Below are positions 9,249-18,677 of a stretch of DNA of 64,000 bases, piece after piece. The position numbers were made by a program, and so were the translations under genes. The stretch comes from Bdellovibrionota bacterium (GTDB taxonomy: Bacteria; Bdellovibrionota_C; UBA2361; SZUA-149; CAZDWZ01), in assembly GCA_046328905.1 (NCBI GenBank), contig JAXLVP010000001.1, positions 3,175,541 to 3,239,540 on the forward strand, given 5' to 3'. The notes beneath the pieces were generated by a model that was not told the DNA's origin, searched no databases, and saw only the letters and a program-made list of their open reading frames with translations. Each line of letters opens with the position of its first letter. Within the stretch, counting starts at the first letter, position 1.

Positions 9249-10403
9249 ATGAGTTACAGCGGGACGTTCATTGCAGCAGAGGAATGCATCGGAACCCTTC
9301 TTTCGGGTGCTGAAGTGCTGGACGTCCGCTCGCCATCCGAACACCATTTTGCTTCGATACCGGGAATGGTACTCGGTCCAATCATGGACGATGCCGAAAG
9401 GCATGAAGTTGGAATCTGCTTTCAACACGATGGACAGTCAGCGGCTATCGAGCTCGGTCACCGCTTGGTTGCCGGTGAAGTTCGTGAATCGCGAGTCCGC
9501 TTCTGGATCGACCAGATCAAGAATCGGCCGATTTCGCTAGTTTGCTGTGCCAGAGGCGGGCTTCGCTCGCAGATCGCGCAACAGTGGTTGGCAGAAAGCG
9601 GCGTTTCGTTACCGCGCGTAAGAGGCGGTTACAAGGCGCTGCGAAATGTGCTCATCGAATCTGCGGACGCCGCGCTCACCCAACTCCCTACAGTTGTTGT
9701 TGCCGGCAAAACGGGAAGTGGAAAAACCGAGCTGCTTCGAGCGTCATCACTTCGTCCGTCGGCTCTTGATCTCGAACAGCTGGCAGACCACTGCGGCTCG
9801 GCGTTCGGTGCTCTTTACGGGGCGCAGCCGAGCCAGTCTACATTCGAGAATCGCGTGTGTATGGAGCTTATTCGGATCGAGCGCAGCCGTGCTTGGATGC
9901 TGGTCGAGGACGAAAGCTCCCACGTCGGCAAGGTCCGACTGGTCCCGCAGCTCACGAAACGCATCGGGAGCTCGCCTATCGTTGTCGTCGAATGTCCTTT
10001 CGACGAGCGAGTCGAACGCATCCTTAACCTCTACGTTGCCGCTTATCCTATTGACGAAGCTGCAGCGAATCCGGTGTCGCAGCTCGAAACGTATCTTTTG
10101 GGCTCCCTCCAGAAGATCTCTGAACGTCTCGGAGGCGCCCGCGCGAAGGAGTGCGGGGCGTTGATTGAGGCAGCGCTCCAAGAACAGCGGAACGGTAGGG
10201 GAGCTGAGCTTCACCGAAATTGGATCGCTTACCTTCTGCGGGAGTATTACGACCCGATGTATGATCGCGCGCTCGAACGCCGGAGCGCGGCGGTGCTATT
10301 TTCCGGCCCAATGGAAGATGTGGTGGAGCGCCTGCATTATATGCTGCATCTCGATCCGCAGCCGCTTTCTTCTCTCGGCGCGTTCGAACGAGCGTTCGAA
10401 TAA
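9249..10403 (+). CDS. mnmH: tRNA 2-selenouridine(34) synthase (rhodanese + P-loop)
   Basis: Rhodanese active-site loop CCARGGLRS, followed by GGYKALR. Walker A motif AGKTGSGKT. The downstream motifs EDESSHVG and LLREYYDPMY match my memory of E. coli YbbB/SelU along the whole length. Confidence 0.88.
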   Translation: MSYSGTFIAAEECIGTLLSGAEVLDVRSPSEHHFASIPGMVLGPIMDDAERHEVGICFQHDGQSAAIELGHRLVAGEVRESRVRFWIDQIKNRPISLVCCARGGLRSQIAQQWLAESGVSLPRVRGGYKALRNVLIESADAALTQLPTVVVAGKTGSGKTELLRASSLRPSALDLEQLADHCGSAFGALYGAQPSQSTFENRVCMELIRIERSRAWMLVEDESSHVGKVRLVPQLTKRIGSSPIVVVECPFDERVERILNLYVAAYPIDEAAANPVSQLETYLLGSLQKISERLGGARAKECGALIEAALQEQRNGRGAELHRNWIAYLLREYYDPMYDRALERRSAAVLFSGPMEDVVERLHYMLHLDPQPLSSLGAFERAFE

Positions 10404-10497
10404 TCCCTGTCGGTTTATCAGTCACCGGCACACGCAAAACCAGCACACAGTTTAAGAAGTCAAGGTTTGTAAGCTTACGCAGCTAGGGGTTGAAGTT

Positions 10498-12990
10498 ATG
10501 TGCCGCCGTCTACAGAATCGAAGAGTAATGCGTCACTGCGAGCCTGTGGTGGCGTGCCAAACCCCTGTCTACGTTGCTTGTCCGCCTGCCGCTCAGCGCC
10601 CGGTGTGTCCCACCTATGTTCAGCCTGCGGCTTCCTCGAACGGCTTGCTTTTCGGTGGCCGCACATTCCAGCAGCTCATCCCGGATATGAGAGAAGCAAT
10701 GGGGAGAAGCCGCAGTCTGGATCCGTCGTCCATCGGTTTGAATGTGCAAGACGTTGCCGCCGCGAACAATGGTCAGTGGCAGAAAAAAATCACTTTCAGT
10801 GTGCCGGCGGACTCGAGAACTCCCGAATTCAAGATAGTGCATTACGACGCGACGAGTCGTGGCGTGTACACCTATCAAACCGGGGCGAACGATCTTGCGC
10901 GTGCACAATCGGCGGAGTTTTACATTGAGCGTACCCGATCGAACGGGCAGGACCATTATACGGTTCACACATCGAAGTCTTTCATCGGTGCGCTCCGTAT
11001 CGGAACGCGAGACGGGGCAGTTACGGTCTTAACCGACGGATCAATCGATGGCGCCGAGCGGGCCGCAGCGCGCCAAGCGCCATCGCCGAGCGACCGACCC
11101 TCAGCTCCGGTGACCCCGCCGGAACCGCCGACCGAATCGTACGAGCCACCCTCGCCGCCGCAAATGAACGCTCCACAGGGAGAGACTCCTCCGGCACGCG
11201 TTGGCTCCCAGTCCGCGCCGCAGTCGACCCCTGACAGCTCGGTCGACAAGTCGCCCGCGAGTGGAGATTTGACCCAGGCGCCAAGTGTCGGTTCGGGTGC
11301 GCCGGCGGTTAGCGAAGCTCCACCGGCAAGACTAGCGAATCCTAACCTGCCGTTATTCATGGAACAGGACCTGATCGAGGGCCCGGTCCCTGAAGTCCCG
11401 GAACCGGAGCCTACGGTGGTTGAACCGACGCGTCCAAGTGGAACCGCTTCATTGCCAACTGCTCCTCCGGCGCTTCCGGCTTCGACTTTCCACTCTGTGC
11501 CGCGTTTCGAACGAGCACGTCTCATCCGACCTCTTCCTCCGTCCGAAGGGGGAGAGTCTGGCGCTGTTTTTATCGAGAGACCGATTCGGCGGACAGACTT
11601 TTCGAGGGAGCCGATTGCGAGCTCGCCACCGTCCAGCGATGTCCATGTGCCGAGCTTGCCCGCGCTTGATTCAGTCCCTCCCGAGCTGAAACCAGTCGAA
11701 GACTCGCCGCTACGACGTCAATCTGCACCAGTGGAATTGACCATCCTTCCGGAGGTGGATTCGACGAGCGGACCAGCAGCTCCGCCGTCCAGCCGATTTC
11801 AACGCACGTTTCGAGTCCCGGATCTCGAATTGACTTCGACGCAGGAGCGCCCTCAGCGGATGCCCCTCAATCCGAGCACGCCGCTCAACGTTACCATTAC
11901 GGATATTCCGAGCATCCCCCTTCGCGCTGACGCTCCACCTGAGCTTCAACCCCGAGAGGATGGACCCGAACGGCGCAGCGCGGCGCCCGTACAGCTCTCT
12001 TTGCTGCCGCCGGTCGAGCCCGAGATACCCATGCCTCCAGTGCAAACGACAGCTCGCTTCGAGCGAACGAAACGCCACGAACCGGAGAGCGGTCCGGCCC
12101 CCAGTGCCCCCGTGGAGCTTGAACGTCCGGCGCAACGCCCGATTCAGCCCTCCACGATCACAAGCGTTGTCGATATCCCGCTTTCGACTTCTCCGTCTAT
12201 CGAGCCCATACCAGAGCTCAGTCAGCCGATCGAGCTGCCACTGTCGAGGCGGACGGCACCGGTGGAGCTGTCGGTAGTGCCGGACTTGCCCGTCGAGATC
12301 GCTTCGGCATCTCAACCCTCTCTCGGAACAGCTCCGCAAGGCGAAAAGCGATCCGAGACGCCGCCGCCCAGCGCTCAACCGCCGATAGAGCCCCGTTTGA
12401 CGCGGCAGGCGAGCTCCCGATTGCCAGAGCCGGTGACAAGCAAAGTCGATCTGCCTGCGAAGACGCCGGTAGAGGAGAAGCCCGATCCGCTCCGTCAAAT
12501 GGAACAGCACCTCGCGGAAATGCAGAAGGAGCTGAACCAGCTGCTCGAAGCCATTCGGCAGGCCGACGAAAAGTTAATCGAAGAACTAACGAGAGGTCAG
12601 GGGCCGCAGGCGACAGCCCAAGCTTGGGACGCGATCTATCGGCTTCACCAGCGACAGCTCGACTTTTCGAAAAGGACTATCGCGCCCGATCGACGTGAGC
12701 GCGAATACGAGATTCAGAGCCAGGCAGAACAGCTCATCGATGACTCCGGGCAAGACTCGATGCTCAATCGCGGTTGGCATTTGCTCGGCAGGGGAAAGGA
12801 GGAGGAAATCGAGCCGCAGCTGCAGGCTCGCCAAGCTCGAGCTGCAAAGCTTGCACAGCAAGCAAAAGCGATGGAGCAGTTCCGCGAGCGCTACATGAGG
12901 CTTCAAGCCGAGCGGGAACGCCAAGGGCAAGGTTTAGACGGCGTGCTTCGGATTAAGCCGCTCACTCGCAAGGCCGCCAACGCCAAATAA
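10498..12990 (+). CDS. large proline-rich repeat protein with Cys-rich N-terminus and C-terminal coiled coil
   Basis: 830 aa. N-terminus carries CxxPVYVAC-like Cys motifs, followed by a roughly 150-aa folded-looking domain. The central 480 aa are Pro/Ser/Glu-rich with degenerate roughly 40-aa repeats (P-EL-P-ED-P-RR-SAPV-L-LP). The C-terminal 120 aa has heptad-like EMQKELNQLLEAIRQ. Both antisense ORFs inside it are R-rich and likely spurious. Confidence 0.6.
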   Translation: MCRRLQNRRVMRHCEPVVACQTPVYVACPPAAQRPVCPTYVQPAASSNGLLFGGRTFQQLIPDMREAMGRSRSLDPSSIGLNVQDVAAANNGQWQKKITFSVPADSRTPEFKIVHYDATSRGVYTYQTGANDLARAQSAEFYIERTRSNGQDHYTVHTSKSFIGALRIGTRDGAVTVLTDGSIDGAERAAARQAPSPSDRPSAPVTPPEPPTESYEPPSPPQMNAPQGETPPARVGSQSAPQSTPDSSVDKSPASGDLTQAPSVGSGAPAVSEAPPARLANPNLPLFMEQDLIEGPVPEVPEPEPTVVEPTRPSGTASLPTAPPALPASTFHSVPRFERARLIRPLPPSEGGESGAVFIERPIRRTDFSREPIASSPPSSDVHVPSLPALDSVPPELKPVEDSPLRRQSAPVELTILPEVDSTSGPAAPPSSRFQRTFRVPDLELTSTQERPQRMPLNPSTPLNVTITDIPSIPLRADAPPELQPREDGPERRSAAPVQLSLLPPVEPEIPMPPVQTTARFERTKRHEPESGPAPSAPVELERPAQRPIQPSTITSVVDIPLSTSPSIEPIPELSQPIELPLSRRTAPVELSVVPDLPVEIASASQPSLGTAPQGEKRSETPPPSAQPPIEPRLTRQASSRLPEPVTSKVDLPAKTPVEEKPDPLRQMEQHLAEMQKELNQLLEAIRQADEKLIEELTRGQGPQATAQAWDAIYRLHQRQLDFSKRTIAPDRREREYEIQSQAEQLIDDSGQDSMLNRGWHLLGRGKEEEIEPQLQARQARAAKLAQQAKAMEQFRERYMRLQAERERQGQGLDGVLRIKPLTRKAANAK

Positions 12991-13256
12991 ACCCACCACC
13001 CGTAAGAAGCGCCCAGAAACATTGAGCGTTTTACCGCCCTGACCTCTCGCCCGCCGCGGCGATGGTCTCAAGCTATCTTTTGAGCAGGCGTGTTGATACT
13101 CTCCGCCCTCGTCATCACGTTCTTTGTTCCGATGTCCTGCGGTGAGCGTTTCTCTACCGCGGCCCAGTCCTGGTTGCTCCTGCAAGCAGACTGGCGCCGG
13201 TAGCGCCAACGGTTTTAGACCACCTTCGTTTCGTTTCCGGACAAGGAGACCAAGAA

Positions 13257-13808
13257 ATGCCCATTGAACGTGAGGAGACCTCCGACGTCGTTCGAATCGA
13301 GGCGATTTACCTCGTCCGCGGTAACGTCGACGGTCCGGCGACTTTTTTGTTGCGATTGCAGGGTGTGAACGCAGGCAGCGGGCTCGTGCTCAGCATCTCT
13401 GAGGCAGAGTCTGTTCGCTGTGTCACCGACCTCGTCGTGGCGATGAGTAACGCCGGCTGGCGATTCACCAACTCGTTCCAGATTCCTGACGATGACGATG
13501 TCGAGTCAAAGTGGGAGGAGATCTCCGGCACCGTCGTCCCGGTTACCGTTCTCGAGGTAAGAGCAGCGAAGCTTCGTCGCAGGAGTGAGAATGGGATCGC
13601 GATTACGCTCCGGCCGACGAAACACATCGAAGGGATGGATGGGCGATTCGAAGTGTTGTTTCGACCCGCCGAGCTGGCGCCGTCTCTTGCCCAGTGGATC
13701 GGTGCTCTGGTCGATCTCGACTATCCGCTCGATGAGCTGGTCGGCACGGTGGACCCGGCAGACATCAGCCAATGGGGACAGCACTGGACTCCCGACGATG
13801 CACCATAG
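13257..13808 (+). CDS. hypothetical protein
   Basis: 183 aa with RBS GGAGACCAAGAA-ATG. No motif recognised. Confidence 0.55.
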   Translation: MPIEREETSDVVRIEAIYLVRGNVDGPATFLLRLQGVNAGSGLVLSISEAESVRCVTDLVVAMSNAGWRFTNSFQIPDDDDVESKWEEISGTVVPVTVLEVRAAKLRRRSENGIAITLRPTKHIEGMDGRFEVLFRPAELAPSLAQWIGALVDLDYPLDELVGTVDPADISQWGQHWTPDDAP

Positions 13809-13887
13809 AATTTCCTTCGCGGTATCTGATTCTCAGTGCCGCCTTTTCGGCGCTGCTGGGTCAGATACCTCTTTCGCGCGCGGCGAG

Positions 13888-15507
13888 TCAGCGCGCGGCA
13901 AGCTTCAGGGAATCCGTGCGCGCTAGGACCATCTCAATTGGCGGCGTGGATTGATACCGACCGAGAACGCTGATTGGAACCCGAAAAGCGCTTCGGCAAT
14001 AGGCGTTCGAGTCCTGTCCCCCTTCTTGAATCGGTAACGTAGACACGTAAGTTGCCTTACTCCATGACGGGAACGCGTTGCCACTCTCATTGAGCGTCCG
14101 GCGGAAAAAGAGCACGTCGTACTGTGCAGCGTCTATTTCCCCTCGAAGACACCGATCCAACCGAATGAAACGTTTTGCCATATCAATTGTGAACGCCGTA
14201 GGGATCGTGCGCTCTGCATCTTCAAACCTCGCCTCGGGCGTGGCACGCTGCCACCGCAGCGAATAATTGAAATACGCGAGGTCGTTTCGGAGGAGCGAAA
14301 GTCGAGACCCATCGGGATCGAGGATGGGCAGCACGCGGGTCTCGTTCCCGTCAGCGCTGCGCTTCACGATCGTGAATTGATCGGTTCCCATGTCGAGGTC
14401 CGCCCGATTGAATACGTTGATCGGATGCTGACCGTAGAATCTACTCGGCTTCATCATGCTGTAGACCGAGCTCGAAAGCCAACCGGGTGTGCGCTCGGGA
14501 AAGAGCTGCACGAAAGAGAGGGCGACCATGAAATAGGCAGTAGACACTGTGCCGAGGCTCATGGCGGTTTCCGTTGCGATCCGAAGTGTCTTGCTTTGGC
14601 GCATCACGTTGTCGGCGTCATTTCCTTCGGCGACGACGCCCACGGTATCGTATTTCGAGCTGAGGAGTGGAAGCCCGAAAAATAGTGCCCACCAGAGAAG
14701 CTCGTAGTAGGGGAGATACCCCAAGTGAAAGCCGAGCGCGCAAAAAAGAAAGAAGAACAGCGACTGGAATGTCGCAAAGACCATTCCCCACCGAGTGAGG
14801 GCCAAAGGAAACAGGAGCAGCTCCCACACACTCTGCAGGATGAGCGAGAGTCGGCAGAAATAATCGAAGAGCGTCGGCGCGCTGCTGCGAAAGCTTTCGA
14901 ACGTCGAGCTGTACGCAGACATGTACGGAAGCGTAAAAAAGAGATGCAACGTGCGCAGCCGGATCCAGAGTTGATCCTGGAAATGATACGTCATCGCGGA
15001 AAATCCCAGCCCCCAAAAGAGGAAGATTTGGAACGCACGAACCTTCGCTACGTATTCTCTGGTCAGGGTGGGTCGAAGCTGTTCGGCGCATCGGTGGTAG
15101 AGCGGTACATACCTCGCTAGAAGCGAGTCGAGAGAAAGTCGTCTTCCCGCACCCAGCAGGATGAGTGCCCAGCTAAGAATGATGGCGGCCTGGTCGCCGA
15201 GAGTTCCCGCAAAGTTGGGCGCGCGGAGAAATCCGATCACATACAGGGCAAGCGCGACCGGTGTCACGAAGCCTGTCAGAATGCACGCGCCGAATGACGC
15301 TGCCATCACGGACGTTTGAAAGATCTGGTCCGGTGTGTCCGAAAGGATCGCGTACCCGGCGATCGAGACGAAACGCTCGATGATCATCAACCCAAAGCAG
15401 ATGCGGACGCAGTCGACGGCGGTCTCGATGATCCTCTCGGAAAACGAGAACGAAAATCGAGATACCAATCGGCCTTCGAGGGCCTTGATTCTTCGATATG
15501 CTGACAT
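13888..15507 (-). CDS. polytopic membrane protein, HTTM-like (vitamin K gamma-carboxylase-related) N-terminal domain candidate
   Basis: 539 aa. The N-terminal roughly 300 aa is membrane-embedded and rich in W/F/L helices. The C-terminal roughly 230 aa is a soluble domain. The architecture resembles bacterial HTTM proteins. Assignment by architecture only. Confidence 0.5.
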   Translation of the reverse strand: MSAYRRIKALEGRLVSRFSFSFSERIIETAVDCVRICFGLMIIERFVSIAGYAILSDTPDQIFQTSVMAASFGACILTGFVTPVALALYVIGFLRAPNFAGTLGDQAAIILSWALILLGAGRRLSLDSLLARYVPLYHRCAEQLRPTLTREYVAKVRAFQIFLFWGLGFSAMTYHFQDQLWIRLRTLHLFFTLPYMSAYSSTFESFRSSAPTLFDYFCRLSLILQSVWELLLFPLALTRWGMVFATFQSLFFFLFCALGFHLGYLPYYELLWWALFFGLPLLSSKYDTVGVVAEGNDADNVMRQSKTLRIATETAMSLGTVSTAYFMVALSFVQLFPERTPGWLSSSVYSMMKPSRFYGQHPINVFNRADLDMGTDQFTIVKRSADGNETRVLPILDPDGSRLSLLRNDLAYFNYSLRWQRATPEARFEDAERTIPTAFTIDMAKRFIRLDRCLRGEIDAAQYDVLFFRRTLNESGNAFPSWSKATYVSTLPIQEGGQDSNAYCRSAFRVPISVLGRYQSTPPIEMVLARTDSLKLAAR

Positions 15508-15689
15508 TGAGAACCTACGGAGCCGGGGCGATAAAAACCGCGTCTAATCACCGAAGCGTCATTTCCCGAAACTTTCCGTCTCAAAAGCGTGATAGAATAA
15601 GTTGGATGAAGCATCGGTCGTGTAACCGCTGCTAATTACGATGCCGTGATACGGCGCGCGGGATCGCGTAAGTCGCTCAGGGGAGTCCG

Positions 15690-16544
15690 ATGCGGTTTGA
15701 AAAAAACCGCAAATGGAATACTCTAGCGGTGAAGTTTGTGACTAAAATTAGGTGTATGCCGAACTCTCTCGTCTGTAACATCGAATACCTTCCCGCTCGG
15801 GAAGCGCTCTTAATCCAGCTGGATATGAGTGAGTATCTTATCGACTATTATATTCATCGGGGTGAGTTCGCGAGCGAAACGACGCCGGAGCAGGATCAGA
15901 AGCTGAAAGAGCTGATTGCTTGCTTTGCGGTGCACCTCGGAATGCACCGAGCTACTCAGTCGCATGCTTGGACGCTCCACATGATCTCGGATCCCCCGTT
16001 TTCGCTGTTTGTGACTGGAGCGATCGATGCGCTCGGCGAGGGGACCTCGGATGGAGGCTATCTGGTAGGCAACGTGCTCACCGACCACATCCGGCACACT
16101 GATGTAAATTCATTTCATGCTCAATTCACCGACAGCGTTGGTCAGTCTTTTAAGAGCTACGTCCAGAGCGAAAGCGGGGATGTTGCCCAAGTTGTTGAGC
16201 ACTTTTATCGCCAAAGCGAGCAACAACCTCTCCGGATTGCGCTCTCCGGCACGAACGATACAGCCGTTGCTTTGGCCGCTCTTCCCGGCTATGACCAGAG
16301 CTGGTTCGAGAGCGCAGAGCTCGATGCTCTGTCGAACGATCAGACCGAGCAGAAGAAGCCGATGCGGACCTTGCGGTTCAACTTCGCGTGCGATTGCTCT
16401 CCAGAGAAGCTTCTTCCATTCTTTAGGTCGATTCCATCAGCGAGCGTCGATGAGCTCTACGGAGTGGACGAGGAGCTTGTGATTATCTGTCCGCGCTGCG
16501 CAAAGTCATTCCGCATTCCTCGCGGGGATATCAAGGAGGAGTAG
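15690..16544 (+). CDS. hslO: Hsp33 family redox-regulated chaperone
   Basis: The C-terminal zinc centre FACDCS...x27...CPRCAKSF has the Cys-X-Cys ... Cys-X-X-Cys arrangement. The central segment FYRQSEQQPLRIAL resembles the conserved Hsp33 linker. The true start may be the internal ATG at 15756. Confidence 0.72.
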   Translation: MRFEKNRKWNTLAVKFVTKIRCMPNSLVCNIEYLPAREALLIQLDMSEYLIDYYIHRGEFASETTPEQDQKLKELIACFAVHLGMHRATQSHAWTLHMISDPPFSLFVTGAIDALGEGTSDGGYLVGNVLTDHIRHTDVNSFHAQFTDSVGQSFKSYVQSESGDVAQVVEHFYRQSEQQPLRIALSGTNDTAVALAALPGYDQSWFESAELDALSNDQTEQKKPMRTLRFNFACDCSPEKLLPFFRSIPSASVDELYGVDEELVIICPRCAKSFRIPRGDIKEE

Positions 16545-16643
16545 AGCACAGTTTTCCAGCTATCTTCCGAAGCCGGCTTGTGCCATCTAGCTGGGTGAGG
16601 AACGATTCTCTTGTGATAGGTTACTAGCCTAACGAACGCTCCC

Positions 16644-17603
16644 GTGAAACGAATTACAAGTTTATTCCTTCCGGCTTCTGTTGCCGTCGTACTCCTTCTC
16701 ACCATCGCGGGGTTCTGCGGGAAGCTGTCGTTCGAGCTTGATCTGCTCAGTCATTTTCGGTCGCAGTACGCTCTCGCCGGATTGATCTGCGCAGTCGCTG
16801 CGGGTTTATCTCGTCGCCCATACGTGCTGATTGCGGGTCTCGCCTGTCTTCTCGTCAACGGTGTGCAACTCGCGCCATTTCTGAGCATTCGCGGCGCAGC
16901 GGCGCGTGGCAATGCTGAGTCTAAGCGCATCATTTTCGCCAATGTCGATATTCGCAACCGGCAGTTCGATCGCCTCGTCACATTGTCGGGCGCTCTCGCG
17001 CCGGATGTTGCAGTGTTCACCGAAGTCGATGCCGAATGGGCGCAGCATCTCTCGGCGCTCACAGAGCGCCTGCCGCACGTATTGAGTGAGCCTCGCGCCG
17101 ACAAATTCGGCATGATGCTGCTCAGCCATGTGCCGATCCTGAAGCAGAACGTGATTGAGCTCCCCGGTGTGCTTATCCCCAGCGTGATTTTCGATGTGAC
17201 CGTGTCGGAGCCGGAAGGTCCGCTCCGGGTTATAGCCGCGCACAGCCCGGCTCCTGTAAATCAACCGGGGTATGACAATCGAAACAAGATGTTGAAACGC
17301 ATCTCCGATATGATTCCGGAGAGCGATCTGCCGACTGTGGTTGTCGGAGACCTCAACATTACGCCGTGGTCGCCCGTGTTCTCCGAGTTTCTCTCAACGA
17401 GCAGTCTTCAGAATGCTCGCGCGGGTCGCGGCATCCTCCCAACTTGGCCACGGAATGTGTTGCCCCTGATGATACCGATCGACCACTGTCTCACCACGCC
17501 GTCGATCCGTATCGAGGATATGACCACGACGCCCGAATTCGGTTCGGATCATCTGGGAGTGGTGTGCGATATCGAACAGACCGAAATTGCTCCTCATGAA
17601 TAA
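16644..17603 (+). CDS. endonuclease/exonuclease/phosphatase (EEP) family protein with N-terminal TM anchor
   Basis: Two N-terminal TM helices. C-terminal motifs VVGDLN and GSDHLGV are typical of the EEP fold. Confidence 0.72.
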   Translation: MKRITSLFLPASVAVVLLLTIAGFCGKLSFELDLLSHFRSQYALAGLICAVAAGLSRRPYVLIAGLACLLVNGVQLAPFLSIRGAAARGNAESKRIIFANVDIRNRQFDRLVTLSGALAPDVAVFTEVDAEWAQHLSALTERLPHVLSEPRADKFGMMLLSHVPILKQNVIELPGVLIPSVIFDVTVSEPEGPLRVIAAHSPAPVNQPGYDNRNKMLKRISDMIPESDLPTVVVGDLNITPWSPVFSEFLSTSSLQNARAGRGILPTWPRNVLPLMIPIDHCLTTPSIRIEDMTTTPEFGSDHLGVVCDIEQTEIAPHE

Positions 17604-18366
17604 CCGCGAAGAGCGGGCCCGCACCGACCGCGCGGTCGAGTTGCGTGAGCGTCCGACCGGTCGTTCGCCTGTCGGATATCAGAGCTGGCGCGACTTGTTG
17701 TTCCTGCACTGGGAATATCCTGCTGCGGTCATTCAAGCGACGTTGCCGCCTGGGTTGCAGGTTGATACTTTCGACGGCCGGGCGTTTCTCGGTTTGATTC
17801 CGTTTTTTATGCGCGGCGTGCGCCCGCGCGGATTACCGTCGGTGCCCGGAATATCAAACTTCCAGGAGACGAATCTTCGGACATACGTCGTTGATCGGTT
17901 CGGCCGGCCCGGAGTCTGGTTCTATTCGCTCGATGCCAATCAGCGTCTCGCGGTTCTTCTTGCCCGTACGTTTTTTGCGCTTCCATATTTTTCTGCGGAA
18001 ATGAACAGCCGGCGTGACGATGCGACCGGTGTCATCGACTACTGCACCAAACGGCGCAACACAGGAGCAGCAGGTTCGAGATTCGAATATCGTGCCGAAC
18101 AGCTCATCGGAACTTCGGAGCCGGGAACACTGGAGTTCTTTTTGATTGAGCGCTATCTGCTCTTCGCCTACCGAGAGCGATCGAAGCAGCTCTATTCCGG
18201 TCGGGTGCATCATGCGCCGTATCTTTTGCACTCTGTCGACGTTGGACAGTCGAGTGACGAGCTCATCGGGCTTGCAGGCTTTGCCGCCCCCGGAAGAGCG
18301 CCGGTTCATCAGGTGACCTCGAGAGGCGTTGACGTCGAGATTTTCGGAATCGAGAAGGTGAGCTAG
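17587..18366 (+). CDS. DUF2071 (YqjF-like) family protein
   Basis: The W-x-DLLFLHW motif near the N-terminus is characteristic of DUF2071. The start overlaps the EEP gene by 17 nt, suggesting an operon. Confidence 0.65.
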   Translation: MLLMNNREERARTDRAVELRERPTGRSPVGYQSWRDLLFLHWEYPAAVIQATLPPGLQVDTFDGRAFLGLIPFFMRGVRPRGLPSVPGISNFQETNLRTYVVDRFGRPGVWFYSLDANQRLAVLLARTFFALPYFSAEMNSRRDDATGVIDYCTKRRNTGAAGSRFEYRAEQLIGTSEPGTLEFFLIERYLLFAYRERSKQLYSGRVHHAPYLLHSVDVGQSSDELIGLAGFAAPGRAPVHQVTSRGVDVEIFGIEKVS

Positions 18367-18677
18367 GTCGCCGCCAACTCCTTCGCGTAATGGAGCGAGC
18401 CGACCTCTGCCTCGATTCCTTGACGACTGCACCAAATCCCCTGCAACAGCGCGCGAAATAACCCAGCACTGGCGCCCGCTTACTTTGTCCACTTCCGCTC
18501 ATGGAGCGCAACGTTGTCACTCCCCGGGGCTGCTGGTATGTTGGCGCGCCCGCTCTCTCAACTTCCAGAATAGTTCTTTTGCCGAGCTGCTTTGCGATGC
18601 GCCCGCCTCGCAAGGCTTCTCGGCTTCTGTTGCCGAAGGTTCCCCGTCCGGTTCCGGTCTTTCGTAGAAGGAGTATC

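Noticed and set aside
10965-12510. 186-aa and 266-aa minus-strand ORFs inside the Pro-rich gene
   Set aside because: Antisense to the 830-aa frame. Extremely Arg/Gly/Ser-rich, as expected from reverse translation of Pro/Ala/Glu codons.
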